From assembly GCA_964012805.1 (NCBI GenBank), contig CAXGUD010000006.1, positions 1-64,000 on the forward strand: a stretch of 64,000 nt of DNA, read 5' to 3'. The translations under genes were made by a program, and so were the position numbers. Origin of the DNA: an uncultured Bacteriovoracaceae bacterium (GTDB lineage: Bacteria > Bdellovibrionota > Bacteriovoracia > Bacteriovoracales > Bacteriovoracaceae). Positions 1 to 9,663 of the stretch are shown here, in pieces; position 1 is the first letter of the stretch, and each line of letters starts with the position of its first letter. Under the pieces are notes generated by a model. That model was not told the DNA's origin, did not search any database, and was given only the letters and a program-made list of their open reading frames with translations.

Positions 1-214
1 AAAAAAATGCCCCCTGGAAAAGCAGTAACCAGGGCCCGAAAAAAAAAAAAAAAAAAAATAAATGAGGTAGTCAAAATATGCCTCTTTTTTTCTTTTATCT
101 AAATTAAAAGGGAAAAATTTGTTCTTTGGTTAAGAAGAATTCGAGAATAGAATAGGATGAATTAAAAAATTTAATTTATAAAATACCTGTCCCTTATAAA
201 TAAGAGAGGATTCT

Positions 215-685
215 ATGAGTAATACAGTCAGTGAAAATGCTAAGTTTAATGTTTCTCGTTCGTCTTCAGGGGACGACGACGATGGAAAAATTGTAATAGA
301 TGACTATATAAATGGAGCTGTTCTTCCTTTAAAGCAGGATCAGGACATTTATGAAGCCGCTAAATTTTTGAGTGAGGAAAAAATAACAGGGGCCCCTGTT
401 TTAGATGAAGATAAAAAACTTATAGGCTTTCTCTCCGAAAAAGATTGTCTTAAGCACGCTTTCGATGCCAAATATAATAGTCTTCCTCCTGGGACTGTTA
501 AGGATTATATGAGTAAAAAACTTATTGTCGTCCAATCTGGAGCGGACCTTTTTGAAGTTGTAGAACTTTTCATAAGACATCACTTTCAAGCTTATCCGGT
601 AATGAAAGGAGACCAGTATATAGGAATTATTCAAAGGGCGAGCGTTTTAAAAGCTGTTCAAAAGATTAAAGATAAGGTTTGGTAA
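215..685 (+). CDS. CBS-domain pair protein
   Basis: Two CBS repeats (ITGAPVLDEDKKLIGFLSEKD; AYPVMKGDQYIGII); GAGG RBS upstream. Confidence 0.85.
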   Translation: MSNTVSENAKFNVSRSSSGDDDDGKIVIDDYINGAVLPLKQDQDIYEAAKFLSEEKITGAPVLDEDKKLIGFLSEKDCLKHAFDAKYNSLPPGTVKDYMSKKLIVVQSGADLFEVVELFIRHHFQAYPVMKGDQYIGIIQRASVLKAVQKIKDKVW

Positions 686-747
686 AACCTTTCTTTATAG
701 AGCGTCCCTTTTTATAAAAAGATAAGTGATTTTTTTTCTTATTTTTC

Positions 748-2076
748 ATGAGGAGTTCATTGATGAAGGAACTATCCTCTATTTTTGAAGTGGTTTTGTC
801 GGTTATTAATGAGTGTTCTTTAAAGAAACTTTTCGATCAAGAGCTTTTTTATAACCTAAAAAAGGAAAGCCCCCCCCATCTTCTTATTGGAATTGGTAAG
901 ATGGCCTATCCCTTAATAAGTGAACTTATGAATTCGTCACTTTTGGGAAGACCTTTTGTTATTACCAAAAACCAAATTTTGGACCAAGCAGATCAGGATG
1001 ATTCATTAAAGATCGTTTTAGGTTCGCATCCACACCTAGACTTTAAAAGTTTACAAGCTGGTCAGGAGCTTCTTTCTTTTTTGAAGGAGTCTAAAAAATA
1101 TGAAGATCACGAGATGTTTGTGGGCCTAACTGGAGGCGCCAGCTCTCTTGTCGATATCCTGCCTGAAGGGATTTCTAGTGAATTTATTTTTAAACTCAAC
1201 AGTGAACTCTTAAAAAGTGGCGCTGATATTGAGGACGTAAATCAAATTAGGCAGGAGTTTTCCTGCCTAAAAAATGGAGGCCTTCTCACTTTTTCTAAGG
1301 CAAAGGCGGTTCATACATTTATTACTTCGGATATTCCTTCGGGACATTATGAAAAAGTTGGATCTTCTCCAACTATCTATGAAGAGCCAAATTTTAATGA
1401 GCTCAAGGTTTTAGTTAAAAACCTATTGAGTGTTCAAGTAGGCCAAAAAGCATTGTCATTTTTTAAGTCCAAAGTAAGGTCAGAGCTTCTTCAGAGAAAA
1501 GAAAAGGCCTTTAAAGAAAAGGATGTCCGAACGTATCTAGTAGCAGATTATAAAAGATTGGTAAAAAACCTAAAACTTAGTTTTAAAGATCAGGTTATTG
1601 TTAAAGAAGGGCCTTATTCCTGTGAAATAGGAAAAGCAGTTAAAGAGCATATCGAAAAATTGAAAAAAATTTTAGAAGAGGACCTTTTCAAAGCGGGAGG
1701 TGGTTTTTACCTGACAGGGGGAGAAACCCCCGTTTTGGTGAAAGGGAAAGGTCTTGGCGGAAGGAATACAGAGTTTGTCCTTAGGATGGCCAAAGAACTT
1801 TTTTTTGATAATGTTCTTGGGCTTTCAGAGATCGTTTTAAAGAGGATCGCCGTGGCCAGTTTTGCAACTGATGGAACAGATGGAGAGACTTCTTCAGCAG
1901 GGGCGTGGTTTGATTACAGTTCTTTTTTAAAAGCAAAGCTTTCGGGCCTAGAGGTCGAGAGCTATTTAAGAAGCAATGATAGCTACAACTATTTTAAAAA
2001 GCTTGGTGGCCTTATCAGCATAGAAAAAGGAGAAGTAAATATTATGGATTTGAGGATAGTTCTTTTAAAGGGATAA
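748..2076 (+). CDS. Glycerate kinase type 2 (DUF4147 + MOFRL); start may be a few codons downstream
   Basis: GIGKMA, GSHP, LTGGASSL, GGET, GLGGRNTE, TDGTDG, NDSY and NIMDL motifs of the MOFRL family. Confidence 0.85.
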   Translation: MRSSLMKELSSIFEVVLSVINECSLKKLFDQELFYNLKKESPPHLLIGIGKMAYPLISELMNSSLLGRPFVITKNQILDQADQDDSLKIVLGSHPHLDFKSLQAGQELLSFLKESKKYEDHEMFVGLTGGASSLVDILPEGISSEFIFKLNSELLKSGADIEDVNQIRQEFSCLKNGGLLTFSKAKAVHTFITSDIPSGHYEKVGSSPTIYEEPNFNELKVLVKNLLSVQVGQKALSFFKSKVRSELLQRKEKAFKEKDVRTYLVADYKRLVKNLKLSFKDQVIVKEGPYSCEIGKAVKEHIEKLKKILEEDLFKAGGGFYLTGGETPVLVKGKGLGGRNTEFVLRMAKELFFDNVLGLSEIVLKRIAVASFATDGTDGETSSAGAWFDYSSFLKAKLSGLEVESYLRSNDSYNYFKKLGGLISIEKGEVNIMDLRIVLLKG

Positions 2077-2110
2077 AAAAACGGGATGACCAGTGGCCAT
2101 CCCGTTTTTT
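2075..2110. terminator. Bidirectional intrinsic terminator between convergent genes
   Basis: AAAAAAACGGGATG-accagtggc-CATCCCGTTTTTT inverted repeat with A/T tails on both sides. Confidence 0.85.
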
Positions 2111-2122
2111 GAAAGGAGGATT

Positions 2123-3892
2123 TCAAAGGTTGTGGGAGCTTCTCATTTTGTTCAAGAATTCGCTCTCCTCTTGAAGGCTTAGTTCCAAAGGATTTAATTT
2201 TTGATCATAAAGAAGTTCAATCTCATGATTCCATTTTCCATTTTGATTGTCCAGACGAAATTGGGAGATAAGACGAGATTCCCAAACTTTGGAATCATCT
2301 TCTCCCTTTTTAATCAGGAAATCATAAATAAGGTTTAAAGCAAAGCTAACCCCTGGAATGTCGATTGGAATGAGCTCTAGAACGCTTTCTCCAATATGGA
2401 TAAGAGTTCTTCGCGCTTTTTTTCTTCTTGGATAAGAGTAGTTGAAACAACTTGTCGGCTTTTTCCTAAGGAGTGGGTGGAGGGCCATAAGAAAAAGATG
2501 TTCTGTTTCCCTACCTCTTTTGATGATGGTTCCCTTAGCAAAAAGGTTTCCAATTTTGGTAAATGAGCCACCCTTTTTCACTATAAAGTTTTCACTTTGA
2601 ATCGCCCTTATTTGTTCTTTCTCGACTTCTTTTTTCCACCAGCGTGCATTTCTTAGTTTAAGGATTTTATAGAGAATATTAACTTCATTGGCCTCTATAT
2701 GAACCGCTGCCTTTATAATTTCTCTTTTTGTAAGGGTTTCAAAAGAGTCAATGACTTCACCTCTATGGGTTGCATTTAAATATTCCAAAAGGGCATAACG
2801 GTGAAGTTTTAACTGCTCTTCTTGAAAGTTAAACCAGCGGCGTAGGCTTAATTTAAAGAGTGGTCCTACTTGAGGTATAACGCCTGCGATTTGTATGGTG
2901 ACTTCTTTGACAAGGAGCCTGGCAAGAGCATGGCCAAGACTGGCCCTCCATCTGACAAGGTCGACAATTTTTTTCGGTCTTGAGGGGTAGTCTCTGTAAG
3001 CTGAGGGAAGGAAAATAAGTTCGTAACCTTTTTCTGTTTTTTGCCATCTTAGCCTAGATAAGAGGTCTCTTTCCAAGCTGATACCCCAGTACTTCTCAAG
3101 TAGCCTTTTTAGTTTTTTCCACTTACGGCTCCAAAGGCGTTTTTTTGAGGATTTCACAGTTTTTTCAAAATCAATATCACCCAAAGTGAAAGATTCAGGC
3201 GGATGTTTATGAGAAACAAGAAAGTCCTTTTTCCACTTTATTTGTTCCCACCCTTCCTGAGGAAAAGAGCTCTTTTTAGTGTTATGAGTTCTTCCAAGAA
3301 GTTCCAAAAATTGATCAGTCCTTTCCCATTTCTTATCGTTGTCCTTTTCAAAAATTGGGAAGGCTGCTTTTTCTTCTCTCCTTTCTCTAATGACCTCACG
3401 AATAATTTTAATGAGGTCTCTGATGTAGTGGCCTTGAGTTTCAATGAGGGCCAGAACCGCCTTTTTTTGATATTCAGGACTTTTTTTGTCGGGAAGTGAG
3501 AGGTCGAAAATACCAAGCTTTTTCCCTTTTTCGTCGAGCCCTACCGCGTAACGGTCTCCAAGTTTTTTCCATTGTTTGACATCTTCATAGCGCACAAAGG
3601 GAGGTTTTTTTGGTTTACGGCTTTTTTCATCTCCCTCTTCACTTTTTTCAAATAGAACGAGTTCTTTTTCAATTTTAGAGATTTCTTCTGGAAGAAGAGG
3701 TCCACCGGGACCTAACGCCTTAATGTCTCTAATAACTTCCCTGGCCCTTCGGCTTAACTCTTTATGAGGGGAGTCGGGTCTAATAGGTTCGGAAGTAGCA
3801 GCGAGTGTTGATTTAGCAATGCAAAAAAACAAAATAAAAAGTTTAAAAAGGTAAGCAGGTTTAAAACAGCTTTTCAGGGAAGGCGTGGACAA
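2123..3892 (-). CDS. Hypothetical exported protein, 589 aa
   Basis: Long ORF, TTG start after GGAGG, signal-peptide-like segment ending STLA; no family recognised. Confidence 0.75.
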   Translation of the reverse strand: MSTPSLKSCFKPAYLFKLFILFFCIAKSTLAATSEPIRPDSPHKELSRRAREVIRDIKALGPGGPLLPEEISKIEKELVLFEKSEEGDEKSRKPKKPPFVRYEDVKQWKKLGDRYAVGLDEKGKKLGIFDLSLPDKKSPEYQKKAVLALIETQGHYIRDLIKIIREVIRERREEKAAFPIFEKDNDKKWERTDQFLELLGRTHNTKKSSFPQEGWEQIKWKKDFLVSHKHPPESFTLGDIDFEKTVKSSKKRLWSRKWKKLKRLLEKYWGISLERDLLSRLRWQKTEKGYELIFLPSAYRDYPSRPKKIVDLVRWRASLGHALARLLVKEVTIQIAGVIPQVGPLFKLSLRRWFNFQEEQLKLHRYALLEYLNATHRGEVIDSFETLTKREIIKAAVHIEANEVNILYKILKLRNARWWKKEVEKEQIRAIQSENFIVKKGGSFTKIGNLFAKGTIIKRGRETEHLFLMALHPLLRKKPTSCFNYSYPRRKKARRTLIHIGESVLELIPIDIPGVSFALNLIYDFLIKKGEDDSKVWESRLISQFRLDNQNGKWNHEIELLYDQKLNPLELSLQEESEFLNKMRSSHNL

Positions 3893-4024
3893 GTGAGACC
3901 TCCTCGAGGTTTTCTAAATTTTTGATGAAGAAGATTGTTCTACTAAAGAATCTATTATTGTTGAAGGATTTTATAATTTCAATTCAGCAAAGGTTACTCC
4001 AAGGCCTCTTTATTTTAAAAGTGG

Positions 4025-4444
4025 TTACCACGATCCCACTGAAGGTTGGCTTTTCCACGGTTCTTTTACAGGTTGGGGCCGACCCTTTTGTAAAAGCTCA
4101 ACTGAGATTCCATCTGGAGACTTTATGAACGCCATGTATCCATCTCTTGGGGGTCTTAATATTTTGACACCTTTATTTTGAAGGTCTTCGCATTTTTGAT
4201 AGATATCTTCGACTTGAAAAGCGAGGTGACCAAAGGAACGGCCAACGCTATAGGGATCTTTTTCGTCCCAGTTATAGGTAAGCTCAATTTCAGGTCCGCC
4301 CTCTTCTGTTGCAAGGAAGACCAAGGTAAATTTGCCTTGGGGAACTTCTTTTCTTCTGACCTCTTTTAATCCTAAATCATTAATAAAAAACTTGAGGGAT
4401 TTATCTAGGTCCAACACTCTAATCATGGCGTGCAAAAACTTCAT
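4025..4444 (-). CDS. gloA: Lactoylglutathione lyase (glyoxalase I, VOC family)
   Basis: [22 protein letters not shown] and [12 protein letters not shown] motifs. Confidence 0.9.
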   Translation of the reverse strand: MKFLHAMIRVLDLDKSLKFFINDLGLKEVRRKEVPQGKFTLVFLATEEGGPEIELTYNWDEKDPYSVGRSFGHLAFQVEDIYQKCEDLQNKGVKILRPPRDGYMAFIKSPDGISVELLQKGRPQPVKEPWKSQPSVGSW

Positions 4445-4656
4445 TTTAAATTTTCCTTCACCTTGAAAATGTTATTTTTGGGATAATTTCTGCTAACCCT
4501 TGTTTCATATCCTTTGACCTTTTTCAAGGAGCCTTTTTTTAAAAAAAAAGCCAGGGCCCGTTTTTTACAATGAAGATTTAAAAAGGGTGGCCCAACTTTT
4601 TTTAAAATATTGAGAAAAGAGGGTCACCCAATTGGATTTTTATAAAAGGAAAGCCT

Positions 4657-5037
4657 CTATTTAAAAACGCAGAGGCAATAGAACTTCTGTTTTCTTTGAA
4701 CTTTGCCCTGAGGCGTTGAAACCATACAAAGTCTGTTTCGTCCAGGTGCGCTAAAATTGTTACCATAAAGCCAGCCTTTCCCTGATGGCCGGCCCATTGT
4801 TGTGGGGGCCTTACAAACAGCAGTATATTTATTTTTTAGTTGTGGTGCAAAAAAAGACTCAGATTCAGCAGAGGAACCTTTGAGCTTTTTGCAGACAACA
4901 GGGCATGGTGTTGCACTAGAGGGAAACCATCCGCTTCTTTTAGCTTGAAAGACGTTATCTTGAATTGGATCAGCAAAAGAAGAGAAGGATAGGAATGTTA
5001 GTGAGATGACTAGTATGGTTCTTAAGACGGTTTTCAT
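4657..5037 (-). CDS. Small secreted Cys-rich protein
   Basis: AAGGAG RBS, signal peptide ending SFA, six Cys in the mature part. Confidence 0.75.
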   Translation of the reverse strand: MKTVLRTILVISLTFLSFSSFADPIQDNVFQAKRSGWFPSSATPCPVVCKKLKGSSAESESFFAPQLKNKYTAVCKAPTTMGRPSGKGWLYGNNFSAPGRNRLCMVSTPQGKVQRKQKFYCLCVFK

Positions 5038-5088
5038 GTTGTTCTCCTTATTAGTTAAATTTGGTGATACTTTTTTTAAACAACCTTC

Positions 5089-5104
5089 TTCAAAATTGAT
5101 GCCA
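5089..5104 (-). promoter_or_regulatory. Possible sigma-54 promoter, imperfect -12
   Basis: Minus strand TGGCAT-CAATT-TTGAA against consensus TGGCAC-N5-TTGCW, about 50 nt upstream of the start at 5037. Confidence 0.3.
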
Positions 5105-5213
5105 AAGCTGGAGGGCCAATTTGACCCTCAAAAAGTGGTCTTCATGCTTTTTTTGAGATAAAAAGGAACTGAAGGAAGTTTCTTATAACCTTGCCTGAGT
5201 GGAGGGCGTTTTT

Positions 5214-7301
5214 ATGATGGACATTTTGACCCATAAGCAATTTTGCCTTGAGAAATACAAGGGCTCTAGCGTTTTATCCCTCATTAATAGAAAGCTTCTT
5301 ATTCATAAACAGCTAGAGAGGCCACCTAGAAGTTATGTTGTATACAGTGACCTCCATGGCTCCTATGACAAGTTTGTGTATTGGTTAAAAAATGGTTTTG
5401 GTTATTTCAAGTTATGCGTTCAGGAAATTTTAGGAGATTCATACTCAGAAGAAATTTGTCAGAGTTATGAAAAACTTCTTTTACTTGTTAACCGGACTCG
5501 TTTTGACTCCATTAAAAAATCTCTTGATGGAGAGATGGAGCAAAATCCTCTAAAAAATCAATTTTTAGAAAGGGTCCCAAAAAAGTTTGTTATCGCATTA
5601 GGAGAGTTAGAGAAACATGGTCTTTCTAGAAGGAGGATTCTCAAGGATATTTTGGAGATTCTTAGAGGAGTTACGAGGGGAGATGAACGGAGGATTATAA
5701 AGATCGTTCCAGCGTCTTTTTTGGAGAATATTCTAAAGCTTTATGCTCCAACCGATGATTCTTCTTACGAAGCCGTTGTCAGTGCTGTTGTTGAAAAAGA
5801 AAGCATCTTTTCAATTGTTACCTCCATGCTAGTAAAGCTCATCTTAAGCAATACATTTGATAAGCATATTAATTTGGGTGATACGTTTGATCGAGGAGAA
5901 GAAGCTGATAAATTAATGGGGCTTTATCGACGCTATTTTAATAATGATGATAGCCCAATCCCTCTCCACTATATTTGGGGAAACCACGACATATTATGGA
6001 TGGGTGCAGGTATTGGGAATCCTATCCTTTGTATGACGGCACTAAGAATCTCTATGCGGTACAATAATGTGGATTTTTTAGCGCGCTACGGCTTCAATTT
6101 GGAAGGGCTAAGATCGTTAGCTAGAAAATCCTATAAGAAAACTCCAATTGGTAAATATGTGAAGGCAAAAGACTTCACAAAATGGTCTAAAGAAGACGCC
6201 ATAAAAATGACAAAAACTCTTTTGGTTTTGGAATCTAAGCTGACTCTTACTTGGCTAAAAGACTCAATGGATGAAGTTGGAGATGAAACTGTTGGACGTA
6301 TTGACTATAGAAGAGATTTTGAACGTCAAAAAGAACTTATGAACTTTCTTCCCGTACAAGGTCTTGGAGATGATGAAAAAGAATGGGAGGAGTTCATCAA
6401 GAATAATCCTCTCTATTTAGACCCATACTTTCCAACTGTTGATTCAAAAAAACCTGGACTACTGACTGAAGAGGAAGAGGCGGTTGTGAACGATTTAGTT
6501 TACCAATTTACGACTCTTCCAAAACTTCAGGAGGATATAAAGTGGCTTTTCGAATTTGGTGAAGCTTATAGGGTAGTAGATCATACCCTCTATTTTCACG
6601 CTGCTATTCCTTCAACAAAAGAGATGGATTTAGCGGAGACGAAAGGTCTAAAAGGTAGAAAATTATTTGATTTTATACAAAGAGACTTAAAGAGGATTGG
6701 AGAGTTTCATCGGGAAGGAAAAACAATCACAAGAAGGGAAAAAATGCTCCTTTGGTACCTTTGGTGTGGTAGAGATTCTGCTTTCTTTTGTAAGGACAAA
6801 ATGGCCACTTTGGAGAGGGCCATTTTTGAAAAAGAAATTGCCTCTCGGGGGACCTTAACAACATGGAAAGAAAACCCAAACCCTTTTTATAAAAATATAA
6901 GAAATGATGACTTTTTGAATAAAGTTTTAAAAGAGTTCCATGCAAATAAAATTTGCATGGGGCATACGCCAGTCAAGAATATGAAACAGGCCATTTTAAG
7001 CCATAAGCATGGAGCGTTTATTGTCGATGGGGGGGCCTCTGAAGCTTATGGAGACCGCGGTGCTGTTTTAATAAATACGCCTGACTATAACTATATGACT
7101 TTACACCCTCCGCTTGAAAGCTTGAAAGAAGCTGAGGAAAAAGACCGTTTACCTGACCTCTTAACAACTCCTTTGGAAGAAAAAAACCACCTTAGGCTAC
7201 GCCATATGGATAAAGGCTATTTTTTAAGAAAGGAACTCGAGGCCATTGATGAACTTATTGACGATAACATTGGTCAGTTTTCAGAGTCATATTTTTACTA
7301 G
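5214..7301 (+). CDS. fbp: Fructose-1,6-bisphosphatase class III (metallophosphoesterase fold)
   Basis: SDLHG, LGDTFDRG, WGNHDILWMGA, LWYLWCG, GHTPVK and VDGGASEAY match class III FBPase; GGAGG RBS favours ATG at 5214. Confidence 0.8.
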   Translation: MMDILTHKQFCLEKYKGSSVLSLINRKLLIHKQLERPPRSYVVYSDLHGSYDKFVYWLKNGFGYFKLCVQEILGDSYSEEICQSYEKLLLLVNRTRFDSIKKSLDGEMEQNPLKNQFLERVPKKFVIALGELEKHGLSRRRILKDILEILRGVTRGDERRIIKIVPASFLENILKLYAPTDDSSYEAVVSAVVEKESIFSIVTSMLVKLILSNTFDKHINLGDTFDRGEEADKLMGLYRRYFNNDDSPIPLHYIWGNHDILWMGAGIGNPILCMTALRISMRYNNVDFLARYGFNLEGLRSLARKSYKKTPIGKYVKAKDFTKWSKEDAIKMTKTLLVLESKLTLTWLKDSMDEVGDETVGRIDYRRDFERQKELMNFLPVQGLGDDEKEWEEFIKNNPLYLDPYFPTVDSKKPGLLTEEEEAVVNDLVYQFTTLPKLQEDIKWLFEFGEAYRVVDHTLYFHAAIPSTKEMDLAETKGLKGRKLFDFIQRDLKRIGEFHREGKTITRREKMLLWYLWCGRDSAFFCKDKMATLERAIFEKEIASRGTLTTWKENPNPFYKNIRNDDFLNKVLKEFHANKICMGHTPVKNMKQAILSHKHGAFIVDGGASEAYGDRGAVLINTPDYNYMTLHPPLESLKEAEEKDRLPDLLTTPLEEKNHLRLRHMDKGYFLRKELEAIDELIDDNIGQFSESYFY

Positions 7302-7324
7302 TCCCAAATAAATGGGACTCTTTT
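7300..7324 (+). terminator. Putative intrinsic terminator after fbp
   Basis: AGTCCCA-aataaa-TGGGACT followed by CTTTT. Confidence 0.55.
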
Positions 7325-7383
7325 CCTCCTAGAACACTTTTTAAGAATTAGAAATAATAGAGGCTCAAATAAGAGGTTGGGCC

Positions 7384-9642
7384 ATGTTAAAAAAGTTTTT
7401 TAGTCAGAAAAAAAAAGATTCACCTTCTTCTCAAAAAGAAGTCAATAAAACCATAAGTCAGCTTTTTGAAAATGAAAAAAAGCTTAAAGAAAATATTTTT
7501 CTAAAGGAAAATAATTCTTTAAAGGTTCAACTTGATGACCTTGATTTAAAGTCCCAAAAGAAAAAGTTGAAAGGGCAGGAGAAAAATCTGAAAGGTCTTG
7601 AAGAAGATTTGAAAAGCCAGACAGGACAACTGAAAAAGCTTAAGGAAGGCCTTAGTGGACTGGATGTCCAGCTAAAAGAAAATGATCAATTGCTCGCTGA
7701 CAAAAAATTCCAAATTGAAAAAAATAAGGAACTTTTAGAAGAGTTAAAAGGGCAGTTGGAGGATGGAAGAGATAAAAATAGTGCGCAAGCTAAACTGATT
7801 AAAGAACATACTGACTTTTTGAAAGGTCAGGATCAGCAAATTGCAGAAGAAAGAAGAGAGTATAAGGAAGTAAGAGATGAATTATTTAGGAAGAAAATAA
7901 GGCTCGATGATTTAAAAAATCAAAAAGAAAAGATATCTCTAAGGCTTGGAGGGAATCTAAAGGCCATAAAGCAGGGAAGAGAGGAAAGAGAGAGCATAAC
8001 TGAAAGACTTTTAGAAGAAACAAAAAAGGTTAATATTTTAAAAAATGACCTCTTAGGATCAAAAGAAGAGCTCAAAGGTCTAGAGGAATATATTTCTAAA
8101 GTAAAAGAGCAAAGAATTGGGAATCAGGAAAACTTCCGCCGTCAGAGTCTGGAACTTGAAAAGATGATTTCCAAAATTTATAGCAATAAGAAGGTCATAG
8201 ATGAAGAAAAAATGAATATTAGCGAGTTAGAGCAAAAAACTCATGATAATAACTTAAAATTGGAAGAGAATGAAAAAATATTGGAAGAGCAAACTGAAAA
8301 AAGAAAAATTTTAGAAAGCCGATTCAGTAGTTTGGAAGAGTCTTTAAAGGACGTTAACCAAAGGTTTGTAGTTTCGATTCAAAAAATAAGAGAAGATAGC
8401 CGGGCCTTGATTGAAAAAGAAGAACTTATTAATAAGAGAGAACGCCTACTTAGAGAAAAGATGAGCGATTTTGAAAAAAATCAGAAAAATCTTGCTAATA
8501 TGGAAAGCAAGGTTATTGAAAAGGAAAAAAGAAATAAAGAGTTAGAAAAAGAATTAAAGCACTATAACGAATTAAGTGAAATTCAAAAAGAGTCCATAGA
8601 GAAAAATCAGAAAATTATTAGAGTTCATGATGAAAGTATTAGGAGGAATTTGCGAGATTTAGAGGAGTCACGCAAAAAATCTGATTTTAATAAAAGAAAA
8701 ATAAGTCTGGATTCAAGCAATATAGATGATTATAAAAGAAAATTGACGACTCAGGAAAGAGAACTTGATGAAATAAAGAACCGTCTTCAGGAACAAAACC
8801 TTCACATAAACAATTTAGAAGCAAGGTTAATAGAATTTGTTCATCAGCAGATGGAAAATCAAAACTTATTTAACTCTCAAGAGGAGGCCCTTAAAGCTCA
8901 ATTTGATGAGATGGAGAAGTTGGAAACAGAGATAAAAGAACACCTTGACCTTAGGAAAAAAGAAGAGTCACAAATTGTTTTAAATGAAAAAGTCTTAAGG
9001 GAACAAAAAAGTCGTATTGATGAGAAAAACCAGCAGATTTTGTTTTTTAAAAAAGAGTGGGAGAACAGAGAAAAAAGGGTGGCCAGTCAGAATTCTATCC
9101 TTTACGAAAATGAAAAAAATATTAAGCAACTTGAAACGAGTATTCAAAATTGGGATAGAGTGCAAATCCATTTAGGTCCTTCTAAGGAAAAAGAAGGAAT
9201 GGATTTTGAAAGTAAAATGAGTTGTTTGAGGCGAAGAATACAAGAAGAAATTTCGGAAATTCCGGTTCACATTGACTGGAAAAAAGAAGATATTAAAAAC
9301 TTGGGGGACGAGTATTTCAATTCTTTTCAAGAAGTCACCCTTTCTTTTTTGGAGAAGATGGTCCCTTTTAAAGGACCTGATATTTCTTTTCACATGGCCC
9401 TTTTTAAAAACAATTCAGACTTTGTTTTTAAAATGGTCGTATCCAAACTTAATTGTTTGAGCGAGCAAAACCTAAAAGAAGCTCTTGTTCCTCATTCCAA
9501 AAAATTGATGAAAGATTTTAAAAATTTGGGGCTTAAAATATCATTTATTGTTATGAAGGATCCACAAGGTATTGTTTCCGGATTAACGATGGACTGTAAA
9601 TTAGAAAGTGCTCGTGAAGGCTCTCTCGAGTTACCTTTCTAG
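7384..9642 (+). CDS. Long coiled-coil protein with C-terminal globular domain
   Basis: About 590 aa of E/K/Q/L-rich heptads almost free of Pro, then an alpha/beta tail; no SMC Walker A motif. Confidence 0.75.
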   Translation: MLKKFFSQKKKDSPSSQKEVNKTISQLFENEKKLKENIFLKENNSLKVQLDDLDLKSQKKKLKGQEKNLKGLEEDLKSQTGQLKKLKEGLSGLDVQLKENDQLLADKKFQIEKNKELLEELKGQLEDGRDKNSAQAKLIKEHTDFLKGQDQQIAEERREYKEVRDELFRKKIRLDDLKNQKEKISLRLGGNLKAIKQGREERESITERLLEETKKVNILKNDLLGSKEELKGLEEYISKVKEQRIGNQENFRRQSLELEKMISKIYSNKKVIDEEKMNISELEQKTHDNNLKLEENEKILEEQTEKRKILESRFSSLEESLKDVNQRFVVSIQKIREDSRALIEKEELINKRERLLREKMSDFEKNQKNLANMESKVIEKEKRNKELEKELKHYNELSEIQKESIEKNQKIIRVHDESIRRNLRDLEESRKKSDFNKRKISLDSSNIDDYKRKLTTQERELDEIKNRLQEQNLHINNLEARLIEFVHQQMENQNLFNSQEEALKAQFDEMEKLETEIKEHLDLRKKEESQIVLNEKVLREQKSRIDEKNQQILFFKKEWENREKRVASQNSILYENEKNIKQLETSIQNWDRVQIHLGPSKEKEGMDFESKMSCLRRRIQEEISEIPVHIDWKKEDIKNLGDEYFNSFQEVTLSFLEKMVPFKGPDISFHMALFKNNSDFVFKMVVSKLNCLSEQNLKEALVPHSKKLMKDFKNLGLKISFIVMKDPQGIVSGLTMDCKLESAREGSLELPF

Positions 9643-9663
9643 AGTCAAAGAAGAGATTGAAGT

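Noticed and set aside
29..4560. CCAGGGCCCG present at 29-38 and 4551-4560
   Set aside because: Only 10 bp and two copies with no shared flanks; insufficient for a repeat family or target-site duplication.
7384..9642. SMC/SbcC ATPase or phage tape-measure protein
   Set aside because: No Walker A/B or signature motif and no phage genes nearby.
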